This document shows positions 55,625-64,000 of a DNA stretch of 64,000 nucleotides, one piece after another. Under the pieces are notes generated by a model. It saw only the letters and a list, made by a program, of their open reading frames with translations, searched no databases and was not told where the DNA came from. Source of the stretch: an uncultured Chitinophagaceae bacterium (GTDB lineage Bacteria > Bacteroidota > Bacteroidia > Chitinophagales > Chitinophagaceae); NCBI GenBank assembly GCA_937907395.1, contig CALCII010000013.1, forward strand, positions 45,448 through 109,447, read 5' to 3'. How positions within the stretch are numbered: position 1 is the stretch's first letter; each line of letters starts with the position of its first letter. Position numbers and translations under genes: made by a program.

Positions 55625-55996
55625 ATGAAACAAATCAAATCAATCATTCTGCTACTTATAGCAACAATAGCTCTCAGTGCAGCAAAAGCGCAGGATGTAA
55701 AAACTGACACTTTTAAAGTGTGGGGTAATTGTGGCATGTGTAAAAAAACTATTGAGAAAGCGGCCAACGTAACTGGTGTGCAAAAAGCAGAATGGAACAG
55801 AGAGACAAAAGTTTTCACCTTGCTGTATAACCCTGCTGTAACAACGAATGAAAAAATTCAAAAAGCCATTGCTGCCGCCGGGTACGATACAGAAAAATTT
55901 ACCGGTGATGATAAAGCGTATGAAAAGCTTCCCGGTTGCTGCCACTACGATAGAAAGAAAAAAGATGAAGGCAGTCAAACCAATCATCAGCATTAA
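55625..55996 (+). CDS. periplasmic HMA-like protein with C-terminal LPGCCHY; paralogue of 37173-37544
   Basis: 123 aa. KVWGNCGMCKKTIEKAA has an intact CxxC. The C-terminus is YEKLPGCCHYDRKKK with a His-rich end. Confidence 0.6.
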   Translation: MKQIKSIILLLIATIALSAAKAQDVKTDTFKVWGNCGMCKKTIEKAANVTGVQKAEWNRETKVFTLLYNPAVTTNEKIQKAIAAAGYDTEKFTGDDKAYEKLPGCCHYDRKKKDEGSQTNHQH

Positions 55997-56024
55997 TAAT
56001 TACTCAATTAAAATTTAAAACTAT

Positions 56025-56459
56025 ATGAAAAAGATAATCTCTATATCCCTGCTTTTTTTTGCGATGCTAATGTCTTCGCAAATATTTGCCCAGCATAATG
56101 CAAAAGGACATGCACATGCTGCGGGTCCGCACGGAGGAACCGTTGAATCAACAACAGAAGGCTACCACAGTGAAATAGTTACCAAAGATGCCAAACTGTA
56201 TTTCTATCTCTTAGATGCAAACGGAAAGACTACGATCAGTAAAGGTGTAACAGGTGAAGTATTGCTACAGTTTGCAGATGGAACAACAAAAACGGTGGCG
56301 CTCACATCCAGTGGCGATGGCTTTTTAGCAAAGGAACCCAAAGCCACAACTTTTGCTAACGCCATAGTTACATTTCAAACCGGTGGTAAAACAGTGTCAG
56401 TAAAGTTCAAGCCCCAACCTCCTGCAAAAGCAGCAGACAATCATAATCATCAACATTAA
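56025..56459 (+). CDS. small periplasmic His-rich protein (possible metal chaperone)
   Basis: 144 aa with a signal peptide. Motifs HNAKGHAHAAGPHGG and a C-terminal DNHNHQH. Confidence 0.45.
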   Translation: MKKIISISLLFFAMLMSSQIFAQHNAKGHAHAAGPHGGTVESTTEGYHSEIVTKDAKLYFYLLDANGKTTISKGVTGEVLLQFADGTTKTVALTSSGDGFLAKEPKATTFANAIVTFQTGGKTVSVKFKPQPPAKAADNHNHQH

Positions 56460-56476
56460 AAAACAAATAAACGGAA

Positions 56477-57520
56477 ATGAAAAAACTATTTTTTGCCTTT
56501 AGTGCAGTTATTGCCATTGGTATAATAGCAGTAAGCTGTAACAACAACGCCTCTACGTCAAAAGAAACTGCAGCAACAGGCACAGACACTGCAGCACATG
56601 CACACAAATATCGTTGCCCGATGAATTGTGAAAAAGGAAAGACTTATGATAAAGAAGGTAACTGCCCGGTGTGCGGTATGAAATTGGAACATTTTGATGG
56701 TACAGATAACGGTCTTACTTATAAAATGCAATATGCCTCTACTCCGGCACAATTAGAATCCGGTAAATCAGCGACTCTTTTATTTACACCTAAAGTAGTT
56801 GGCAAGGAGAATGAAGCTGTGGCGCTGGATGTGCAGCATGAAAAGAAAATACACCTGATTGTTGTAAGTAACGACCTCAGCTATTTTGAACATATTCATC
56901 CGGATCTCCAGGCTGACGGTTCTTATAAAATAGGAGTATTAGAAAGTGGGAAGGCTTATACCAATGGCCCCGGCAAGAATGAAACCCGTTTTGACAATGG
57001 TGGCGATTACACCCTTTTTGCTGATTATCTGCCAAGCGGTGGCAGTCATCAGGTTGAAAAAATTTCGGTAAATGTAAAAGGCGCACCAAAGCCTGCTGTT
57101 ACTTACACTGCCGATAAGCTAACCGGTAAATCAGACAATTTTACTGTAATGCTGAATGCAACAGGCGGTAAATTAATTACGGGTGCACAAATGCATATTT
57201 CAGGAATGTTGATGAAAGACGGTAAAGAGATTGACGTAAATACGCTGGAAAATTATTTGGGTGCTAAAGCACACATGGTGGTTGTTAGTCTTAGTGACAA
57301 AGAGTATTTGCATGTGCATCCTGATGTTAGCGGTGGCAAGTTTGACTTACATACTACATTTAAAATGCCCGGTATCTATCGTGGTTGGATTCAGTTTCAA
57401 AGTGGCGGTAAAGTGCATACAGTTGATTTTACCATGAATGTAAAAGAAGGAACCGCAGATGAAATTAAAAAAACTACAGAAGGCCATGACGGTAAAGAAG
57501 CTGGCCATGATGAACATTAA
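56477..57520 (+). CDS. lipoprotein with one HMBD module plus Ig-like (YtkA/FixH-style) domains and a His-rich tail
   Basis: 347 aa with the lipobox IIAVSC. Motifs YRCPMNCEKGKTYDKEGNCPVCGMKLE, FEHIHPD / LHVHPD and a terminal GHDGKEAGHDEH. Confidence 0.7.
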   Translation: MKKLFFAFSAVIAIGIIAVSCNNNASTSKETAATGTDTAAHAHKYRCPMNCEKGKTYDKEGNCPVCGMKLEHFDGTDNGLTYKMQYASTPAQLESGKSATLLFTPKVVGKENEAVALDVQHEKKIHLIVVSNDLSYFEHIHPDLQADGSYKIGVLESGKAYTNGPGKNETRFDNGGDYTLFADYLPSGGSHQVEKISVNVKGAPKPAVTYTADKLTGKSDNFTVMLNATGGKLITGAQMHISGMLMKDGKEIDVNTLENYLGAKAHMVVVSLSDKEYLHVHPDVSGGKFDLHTTFKMPGIYRGWIQFQSGGKVHTVDFTMNVKEGTADEIKKTTEGHDGKEAGHDEH

Positions 57521-57533
57521 TCTTGTGTTTTAA

Positions 57534-57565
57534 AATCATGACAGGCAGTTTGCCTGTCATGATTA
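57534..57565 (+). terminator. 14-bp perfect hairpin with a 4-nt loop between the HMBD lipoprotein gene and cusA
   Basis: AATCATGACAGGCA at 57534-57547, loop GTTT, and TGCCTGTCATGATT at 57552-57565. There is no T run after it. Confidence 0.45.
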
Positions 57566-57621
57566 ATTCCAACTCCTGAATCTGACTATTATAAGAAGCC
57601 GGAATATTTAAAGAAGTTTTT

Positions 57622-60600
57622 ATGCTAAACAAACTCATTCTTTTTTCTCTCAAGAACCGGATGCTGGTGGTATCAATGGCTGCATTGCTGATGGTGTACG
57701 GTGTATTTACGCTGGTAAATCTTCCGGTAGATGTGTTGCCTGATTTGAACAGGCCAAGAGTAACCATTTTTTTAGAAGCAAATGGTATGGCTCCTGAAGA
57801 AATTGAAGCCCAGGTAAATCTTCCGGTGGAAACGCAACTCAATGGTGCACCTGGTGTGGAAGTGGTTCGCTCTGTAGCATCACCGGGATTGGGGATGGTG
57901 TTTGTAGAATTTGACTGGAATACAGATGTGTACAGGGCAAGGCAATTAACGGCTGAAAAACTACAGAACATTCAATTGCCAAAAGGGATTACACCGGTGA
58001 TGGGCCCTATCAGTTCCATCATGGGACAGATCATGATGATAGCTGTAACCAGCGATACCACTTCGCCTGCTGATTTGCGGACACTGGCCGACTTTACTAT
58101 TCGCAGAAGACTGATGAGTGTAAAAGGTGTAAGCCAGGTAATACCGATTGGTGGAGAGAGAATGCAGTACCAGGTTTTGATTTCAAGTGAAAAATTGCGA
58201 CAGTATAATTTATCCATTGATGATATTGACAATGCCTTACAATTAACCAATCAAAATACCACCGGTGGCTTTGTTGATAATAAGGGTTCGGAAACACTTA
58301 TCCGAAATATTGGTCGTGCAAATACATTAGAAGACCTGGCCAATACTGTTGTAAGCAACAGGAATGCAGCTCCAATACTTTTAAAGCAAGTTGCTGAAGT
58401 AAAATTCGGTGGGCCTATAAAAAGAGGCGACGGCTCTTTCAATGGCAAACCGGCGGTGATTCTCAGTATTGAAAAACAACCAGGTTCCAGTACACTCACC
58501 GTAACAGATGAAGCATTAAAGGCAATTGAAGAAATCAAAACATCTCTTCCCAAAAACATTCACATCCACACAGATGTTTTCCAACAAAAGAATTTTATTG
58601 TTAACTCTATCACGAATGTAGAAGAGGCATTAAGAGATGGGTTTATTCTTGTGATCATTATTCTGTTCCTGTTCCTGCTTAATTTCCGTACTACGATTAT
58701 TACGCTTTCGGCTATTCCATTATCACTCATTATCACAGCTATCGTTTTTAAATTTTTCGATATTTCAATTAATACTCTTACTCTTGGCGGATTGGCAATT
58801 GCCATTGGTGAGTTGGTGGATGATGCTATTGTGGATGTTGAGAATGTTTACAGGAGGCTAAAAGAGAATTGGGTAAGCGACAAACCCAAACCTTTGCTTA
58901 AAGTAATATATGAGGCCAGCAGCGAGGTAAGAAATTCAATTGTATATGCCACCATTATTGTAGTGTTGGTTTTTATTCCTCTGTTTTATTTACAAGGCAT
59001 TGAAGGAAGAATATTTGCACCATTAGGTATCGCTTATATTACTTCGATTATTGCATCATTGGTGGTATCACTAACAGTAACACCTGCATTATGTAGTTAT
59101 TTACTGGAGAAGAAAAATCACTTAAAACATATTAATCTTGCGTTCTGGAAAAAGAAACAAAAAGCTTCTTCCGTTGACGCACCACATGAACCTGACAGCG
59201 CATTGGTTCGCTGGTTAAAGAAACAGGATCTTAAATTATTGCATTGGGGATTAAAACGGACCAAATTGGTTACAGGATTTGCTATTGCTTTAATTATTGC
59301 ATCTGTCAGTATCATACCTTTTTTTGGAACAGAATTTCTGCCCCCCTTTAATGAAGGAAGTTTTACGGTGAATGTATTAGCTCCCGCAGGCACATCCCTG
59401 GAAGAAAGCAATAAAATCGGTACGATAGCAGAGAAACAAATCCTGAATGTACCTGAAGTGGCTCTTACCTCCCGCCGTACCGGCAGAGCAGAACTGGATG
59501 AACATGCAGAACCACCAAGCTACACAGAAATAGATGTGGCGCTAAAACCCGGCGGACGCAGCAGGGCTAAAGTGCTTGAAGATATTCGTAATAATTTAGC
59601 AGTAATAAAGGGAGTAACAATAAATATTGGTCAACCCATTTCTCACAGGCTCGATCATTTGCTTTCAGGAGTCAGAGCACAGGTAGCGGTAAAAATCTTT
59701 GGTAATGATTTGTTGACGCTTCGCTCCAATGCAGATCAGTTGAAGTCAATCATCAGTAATGTACCAGGTGTGGTTGACGTACAGGTAGAAAACCAGGTGA
59801 TGGTTCCTCAATTAATGATTAAGCTTGACCGCATGGCGGTGCAGCGATACGGTTTACAAGTGGGAAAGGTAGCTGATGAACTCGAAGTTTTTTACAATGG
59901 CAAAGTAGTAAGCCAGATATTAGATGGACAAAAAAGTTTTGATATTGTTTTAAGAACAGACGACAGTACAAGAAAAAATATAGAGGCTATCCGCAATACA
60001 CAAATTGCAGCTTCTGATGGCTCCTTAATTCCACTCCAGCAAATTGCATCGATAGAAATAGAAAACAGCATTAATGCAGTGAATCACGAAAACACCCAGC
60101 GCCGGATTGTTGTTTCTGCAAATGTGCAGGGCCGTGACCTGGGCAGCACTGTAAAAGAAATGCAGGAAACAGTAAAAAAGAAATTGCCTTTACAGGAAGG
60201 CTACTACCTGCAATGGGGCGGTCAGTTTGAAAGCCAGCAATCGGCGTCAAAACTCATTACCATTCTTAGTATTTTTTCCGTGGCAGGTATTTTCTTAGTT
60301 CTGTACAGCCATTTTAAAAGCAGCCGTATTGCTTTGCAGATAATGCTGAATATCCCATTGGCATTAATAGGCAGCGTAATAGCAGTAATACTTACAGGAG
60401 GTGTTTTTTCTATTGCTACAATGGTTGGATTTATTACCCTCACAGGTATTGCATCAAGAAATGGAATTATGATGATAAGCCACTATATCCATTTGGTACA
60501 GCATGAAGGTGAGGTATTTGGTGACAAAATGATTATTCGTGGTTCGTTAGAACGATTAGTGCCTGTATTAATGACAGCACTGGTTGCAGCATTTGCGCTG

Positions 60601-60789
60601 ATACCACTAACACTGGATGCTACGGCTCCAGGTAAAGAAATCCTGTACCCTGTTGCTACAGTTATTCTGGGCGGCTTAGTTAGTTCAACTTTATTAGACA
60701 TGATTGTAACTCCTGTTGTATTTAAAATATTTGGCGAAAAAGCCCTAAAGAAATATCTGGAAGAGCAACAGAAGAAAGAATTTGAATAA
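57622..60789 (+). CDS. cusA: CusA/CzcA-family RND heavy-metal efflux pump (intact)
   Basis: 1055 aa with 12-TM RND architecture. LAIAIGELVDDAIVDVENVYRRL runs continuously into SSEVRNSIVYATIIVVLVFIPLF. Confidence 0.92.
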   Translation: MLNKLILFSLKNRMLVVSMAALLMVYGVFTLVNLPVDVLPDLNRPRVTIFLEANGMAPEEIEAQVNLPVETQLNGAPGVEVVRSVASPGLGMVFVEFDWNTDVYRARQLTAEKLQNIQLPKGITPVMGPISSIMGQIMMIAVTSDTTSPADLRTLADFTIRRRLMSVKGVSQVIPIGGERMQYQVLISSEKLRQYNLSIDDIDNALQLTNQNTTGGFVDNKGSETLIRNIGRANTLEDLANTVVSNRNAAPILLKQVAEVKFGGPIKRGDGSFNGKPAVILSIEKQPGSSTLTVTDEALKAIEEIKTSLPKNIHIHTDVFQQKNFIVNSITNVEEALRDGFILVIIILFLFLLNFRTTIITLSAIPLSLIITAIVFKFFDISINTLTLGGLAIAIGELVDDAIVDVENVYRRLKENWVSDKPKPLLKVIYEASSEVRNSIVYATIIVVLVFIPLFYLQGIEGRIFAPLGIAYITSIIASLVVSLTVTPALCSYLLEKKNHLKHINLAFWKKKQKASSVDAPHEPDSALVRWLKKQDLKLLHWGLKRTKLVTGFAIALIIASVSIIPFFGTEFLPPFNEGSFTVNVLAPAGTSLEESNKIGTIAEKQILNVPEVALTSRRTGRAELDEHAEPPSYTEIDVALKPGGRSRAKVLEDIRNNLAVIKGVTINIGQPISHRLDHLLSGVRAQVAVKIFGNDLLTLRSNADQLKSIISNVPGVVDVQVENQVMVPQLMIKLDRMAVQRYGLQVGKVADELEVFYNGKVVSQILDGQKSFDIVLRTDDSTRKNIEAIRNTQIAASDGSLIPLQQIASIEIENSINAVNHENTQRRIVVSANVQGRDLGSTVKEMQETVKKKLPLQEGYYLQWGGQFESQQSASKLITILSIFSVAGIFLVLYSHFKSSRIALQIMLNIPLALIGSVIAVILTGGVFSIATMVGFITLTGIASRNGIMMISHYIHLVQHEGEVFGDKMIIRGSLERLVPVLMTALVAAFALIPLTLDATAPGKEILYPVATVILGGLVSSTLLDMIVTPVVFKIFGEKALKKYLEEQQKKEFE

Positions 60790-60955
60790 ACATATTGACA
60801 ATTAAAAAAGAAAAACCACATGGGTCGGAGCCCTGCTTTGGTTTCCTTATTTATAATGAAACAATTTCTGGAGCAGGGTTTCCGCACCCGCCAATTGATC
60901 ATTTCGCTTTAAACCGGATTTAATTTGAGTATCACTTTAAAATAAAGTCATTGTT

Positions 60956-61606
60956 GTGGAGCAAATAAAATTCATACCTGCACTCAGATTCAAATGGCTT
61001 ACACCATTGTATGATTTTTTTGTAAGTATTACTATGCCTGAGAAAAAAATTAAACAGGTGTTGATTTCAAATGCTAATATCCATGCCTCCTCAAAGCTGC
61101 TTGATTTTGGTTGCGGCACTGCTACATTAACTATCATGGCAAAACAATCATCACCGGAGGCAAAAGTAACAGGTATTGATATTGATACAGAGATATTGGA
61201 TAAAGCAACAAAAAAGATAAAAGAAGAAAAGCTGGATATTTTTTTGCTTGATTATGATGGAAAACATTTGCCCTTTCAGCGTAATGCTTTTGACAGAGTA
61301 ATATCCTGCCTGGTTTTTCATCACCTTGATACAGATATAAAGCAAACTATGCTGGCAGAGATATTCCGGGTTATGAATAAAGATGGTCATTTACTTATTG
61401 CCGACTTTGGCCGTTCCAAATCATGGGTTCAAAGAACGCTTTTTAATATAATAAGAGGCCTGGATGGATTTAAATCTACAGATGCAAATGCCAGAGGATT
61501 ATTACCTGAAATGATTTCGGATGCCGGGTTTGAAAATGTGGCCATTAAAACCCGTTTTAAAACCATGTTTGGAGAAGTACAAATAATCAGTGGAGAAAAA
61601 ATATAA
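60956..61606 (+). CDS. class I SAM-dependent methyltransferase
   Basis: 216 aa with a GTG start. Motif I is KLLDFGCGTATLT. An acidic residue ends beta-2 (VTGIDID), and FDRVISCLVFHHL follows. Confidence 0.7.
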   Translation: MEQIKFIPALRFKWLTPLYDFFVSITMPEKKIKQVLISNANIHASSKLLDFGCGTATLTIMAKQSSPEAKVTGIDIDTEILDKATKKIKEEKLDIFLLDYDGKHLPFQRNAFDRVISCLVFHHLDTDIKQTMLAEIFRVMNKDGHLLIADFGRSKSWVQRTLFNIIRGLDGFKSTDANARGLLPEMISDAGFENVAIKTRFKTMFGEVQIISGEKI

Positions 61607-61624
61607 ATACAAATAAATAACATC

Positions 61625-62194
61625 ATGAAAAAGAAATTTTATTTACTGCTTTTAATAATAGCAACAGCATTTACAGTAACAGCACAGGAACAAAAGAAAG
61701 AAGAGGTTTGCTACAATCCCAATTTAGTAAAAGATACCAGCAAGAAAAGTATTAAATCCATGGCCGTTGTAGTAATTCATGGCGACAGTATAAAAATCAA
61801 TTATCATTCACCCGGCGTCCGTAAGAGAATAATATGGGGTGGCCTTGTTCCTTATGGTGAAGTATGGGTAACGGGAGCACACGATGCAACAACTCTTGAA
61901 ATCGGCAAAGCGTTTGTTGTTGGAGGTAAGGAAATCCCTGCCGGTAAATACGCCATTTTTACTATTCCCGGGAAATCGGAATGGACAGTTATCATCAATA
62001 AACAATGGAAACAACACTTAGCAACTGAATACGATGAAAAGGATGATGTGGTAAGACTGAAAATAAAGCCAAAGAAAAATACGCATACCGAGAGGCTGCA
62101 ATATTTTATAACGGATAAGAAGAATGGAAGAACAACAATTGATGTTGCATGGGAGAAACTGAAAATAAGTTTTGACATTATACTTAAGCCCTGA
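61625..62194 (+). CDS. DUF2911-like secreted protein
   Basis: 189 aa with a signal peptide. IWGGLVPYGEVWVTGAHDATTLEIGK...IPAGKYAIFTIPGKSEWTVIINKQW matches my recollection of DUF2911. Confidence 0.6.
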   Translation: MKKKFYLLLLIIATAFTVTAQEQKKEEVCYNPNLVKDTSKKSIKSMAVVVIHGDSIKINYHSPGVRKRIIWGGLVPYGEVWVTGAHDATTLEIGKAFVVGGKEIPAGKYAIFTIPGKSEWTVIINKQWKQHLATEYDEKDDVVRLKIKPKKNTHTERLQYFITDKKNGRTTIDVAWEKLKISFDIILKP

Positions 62195-62259
62195 TTGAAG
62201 ATTTGCAGTTGACAGCCTGGAGAAAGTGGCTAATTATTAAACAGTATTAAAAATACTTT

Positions 62260-63171
62260 ATGTTTAAAGACTTTCCATCGCTCCACCCCCTTGTAGTACA
62301 TTTCCCAATTGTGCTAATATTGCTTGCAGCCGCCTTCCAGGTAGTGGTTGTATGGAAACCGCATTGGCGGCAAATCCGCTGGGCCACATTATGCATAATG
62401 GCAGCCGCATTTTTTTCTGCGCTAGCGGCCAGTACCATTTTTCACGCAATGCCTTCTGCTGATGCACCAAAGGCCGCTATGCAAATATTTGAGGAACATG
62501 AGAAATATGCCCAATTAACCTTATGGATGTCAGGTATTACTTTATTACTTAAAAGTATCGGGATTTTCTTTAAGATCAACAGAAGACTATACGAACTAAT
62601 CGTTCTGCTTGCCGCAATCATCGCTGCTATTTTCCTATCCATTGCGGGGCATCATGGGGCAAAACTTACACATGTTGCAGGTGTGGGGCCTATGGGCAGG
62701 TATTTAATGAAAGACCATGGTGCCGGTCATGATGAAAAAGATATGGAAGGCATGGACATGGATGGAGATAGCACGACGCACATGAATGATACACACATGA
62801 ACGATTCAATGCCGGGGATGAAGAATATGCCTGGAATGGATACAATGAAAGGTATGAAGAACATGGATAACATGAAGGACATGGAGGGAATGGACAAGAT
62901 GAAAGACATGAATAATATGCCGGGGATGGATAAAATGAAAGATATGAAGGATATGAAGGATATGAAAAATATGCCCGGTATGGACACTATGAAAAACATG
63001 AAAGGCATGGACAATATGAAGGACATGAAGGATATGCCTGGAATGGACAGCACCATGAAAATGGAGGATATGAAAAACATGAATATGCCGATGAAAAATC
63101 CAATGGACACATTCCGCTTCCCGGACAATAACCCTGCCCGGAAAAAGGCAAAAAAGCCGATTAAACAATAA
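62260..63171 (+). CDS. DUF2231-like membrane protein with a long Met-rich (MxxM/MPGMD) repeat tail
   Basis: 303 aa. The N-terminus is LHPLVVHFPIVLILLAAAF plus 3 further TM segments. Residues 161-282 contain about 39 Met by my count. Confidence 0.7.
   Translation: MFKDFPSLHPLVVHFPIVLILLAAAFQVVVVWKPHWRQIRWATLCIMAAAFFSALAASTIFHAMPSADAPKAAMQIFEEHEKYAQLTLWMSGITLLLKSIGIFFKINRRLYELIVLLAAIIAAIFLSIAGHHGAKLTHVAGVGPMGRYLMKDHGAGHDEKDMEGMDMDGDSTTHMNDTHMNDSMPGMKNMPGMDTMKGMKNMDNMKDMEGMDKMKDMNNMPGMDKMKDMKDMKDMKNMPGMDTMKNMKGMDNMKDMKDMPGMDSTMKMEDMKNMNMPMKNPMDTFRFPDNNPARKKAKKPIKQ
62740..63105 (+). repeat. in-frame degenerate tandem repeats encoding M-(K/D/N)-x-M and MPGMD units
   Basis: ATGAA(A/G)GA(T/C)ATG and ATGCC(T/G/C)GG(A/T/G)ATGGA units recur throughout. 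The mirror-strand ORFs (62727-63176, 62806-63168) are artefacts of this repeat. Confidence 0.7.
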
Positions 63172-63182
63172 AACATTTCACA

Positions 63183-64000
63183 ATGAAAAAGCTATTCTTT
63201 TTTTTATTGTTGATTCCTTTTTGCAGTATGGGACAAATCAACCACTCCATGCACAAGAGTACGGGCAAAGATTCGGTGATGCAAAAAACAACTTCATACA
63301 ATCATCCGTTGCAATCAGCAAAGATTAAATCAGGAATGGCTTACACTGGAAAAAAAGTGGAGTATGATTTATATGTAACGGATACGATGGTGAACTTTAC
63401 CGGTAAGCATCGCCATGCTATTGCAATCAATGGCCAGATACCAGCACCCATTCTTGAATTTACCGAAGGCGACACCGCAATTATCCGTGTGCATAATCTG
63501 ATGAAGATGGAAACTTCCATTCACTGGCATGGCATATTGTTGCCCAATAAAGAAGATGGCGTCCCTTACCTAACCACATCCCCTGTTGAACCCGGCGAAA
63601 CTTATACTTTCACTTTTCCGCTTATTCAAAGTGGCACTTACTGGTATCACTCTCATACCATGCTACAGGAGCAAAGCGGCTTATATGGTTCAATCGTAAT
63701 TCACCCAGCCCAGCCAGAACCTGAACTAAAAGAATATGTTTTGCTATTATCAGACTGGACGGATGAAAATCCACACCAGGTAATGCGTTACCTGAAACGT
63801 GGAGGCGAATGGTATGCCATTAAAAAAGGCGCATTGCAAAGTTATGGCGAAGCCATTGCTGCCGGATCATTTAAAGACAAATTAAAGCAGGAATGGCAAC
63901 GTATGCCTGCAATGGATGTGTCAGATGTGTATTACAATAAATTCCTAATGAACGGGCAGGAAAAAAATTATTTCAAAGATGCAAAGCCAGGCGAGGTAAT
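63183..64000 (+). CDS. multicopper oxidase (CopA/PcoA-like), N-terminal part; runs off the window end
   Basis: Not in the ORF track because there is no stop. My translation from the ATG at 63183 is MKKLFFFLLLIPFCSMGQ...INGQIPAPILEFTEGDTAIIRVHNLMKMETSIHWHGILLP...SGTYWYHSHTMLQEQSGLYGSIVIHP. It contains the HWHG and WYHSH copper motifs. Confidence 0.85.
   Translation, partial: MKKLFFFLLLIPFCSMGQINHSMHKSTGKDSVMQKTTSYNHPLQSAKIKSGMAYTGKKVEYDLYVTDTMVNFTGKHRHAIAINGQIPAPILEFTEGDTAIIRVHNLMKMETSIHWHGILLPNKEDGVPYLTTSPVEPGETYTFTFPLIQSGTYWYHSHTMLQEQSGLYGSIVIHPAQPEPELKEYVLLLSDWTDENPHQVMRYLKRGGEWYAIKKGALQSYGEAIAAGSFKDKLKQEWQRMPAMDVSDVYYNKFLMNGQEKNYFKDAKPGEV

Noticed and set aside
57474-57971. 165-aa minus-strand ORF spanning the cusA start region
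   Set aside because: It overlaps two well-supported plus-strand genes and the intergenic hairpin. It has no motifs or context.
62727-63176. Long minus-strand ORFs (149 aa and 120 aa) antisense to the Met-rich gene
   Set aside because: They are mirror images of the ATG/AAG/GAT repeat (CAT-rich on the reverse strand gives His/Ile/Phe-rich low-complexity ORFs). The plus-strand ORF has a recognisable DUF2231-like N-terminal domain and fits the operon context.
1-64000. Search for CRISPR arrays, tRNA/rRNA genes, integrase/transposase genes, IS inverted repeats and att-like direct repeats bracketing the accessory modules
   Set aside because: I found no regularly spaced repeat array, no cloverleaf-like or rRNA-like sequence, and no recombinase motif-bearing ORF. 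The only tandem coding repeats are the Met-rich and HMBD modules. This was a by-eye scan only, so small RNAs or short att repeats could have been missed.

Overview
This 64-kb window looks like Bacteroidota DNA (Sphingobacteriia/Chitinophagia-like gene content, AT-rich). All calls come from reading the ORF translations and the DNA by eye; no searches were run, so family names are recalled rather than database-verified. The window has three blocks.

(1) 1 to ~21 kb: a minus-strand, tightly coupled CTnDOT-type conjugative T4SS operon. Reading 5' to 3' it runs traE, then DUF1896 and a 1834-aa methyltransferase/SNF2-helicase polyvalent protein, then traF, traG (VirB4), a lipoprotein, three TraI-like paralogues, traJ, traK, an L-position gene, traM, traN and DUF3945-like tail genes. 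Several junctions are ATGA overlaps. One opposite-strand gene encodes an orphan FtsH-type (M41, HEAGH) peptidase domain.

(2) ~21 to 35 kb: accessory genes. These are a membrane-anchored LuxR-type regulator, a GNAT, and a compact 3-gene operon (small protein, OLD/ABC-type ATPase, 177-aa mini-Toprim-like protein) that I consider the best candidate for an undescribed or poorly described defence system. They are followed by an ECF sigma/FecR/SusC/SusD/TlpA-like locus, a small Cys-pair secreted protein with a MauE/DoxX-like membrane protein, and an AraC regulator.

(3) 35 to 64 kb: a dense copper/silver-type heavy-metal island.
- It carries two Cus-like RND systems; one cusA is split into two ORFs.
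- There are seven copies of the CPMH...PGxCPxCGM heavy-metal-binding module across four genes.
- Small or unusual metal proteins include HMA-like proteins with a C-terminal CCHY motif, a GDCCVxC mini-protein and HYC/CC/PP-type proteins.
- Also present are a TonB-dependent receptor, a tyrosinase, a DUF2231 protein with a roughly 32 percent methionine repeat tail and a partial multicopper oxidase.
- A terminator-bracketed solitary gene fusing an HhH-glycosylase-like domain to a PD-(D/E)xK (D...EVEK) nuclease-like domain sits in the middle of the island.

I recognised no rRNA, tRNA, CRISPR array, integrase, relaxase or att site, so the element boundaries cannot be set from this window.
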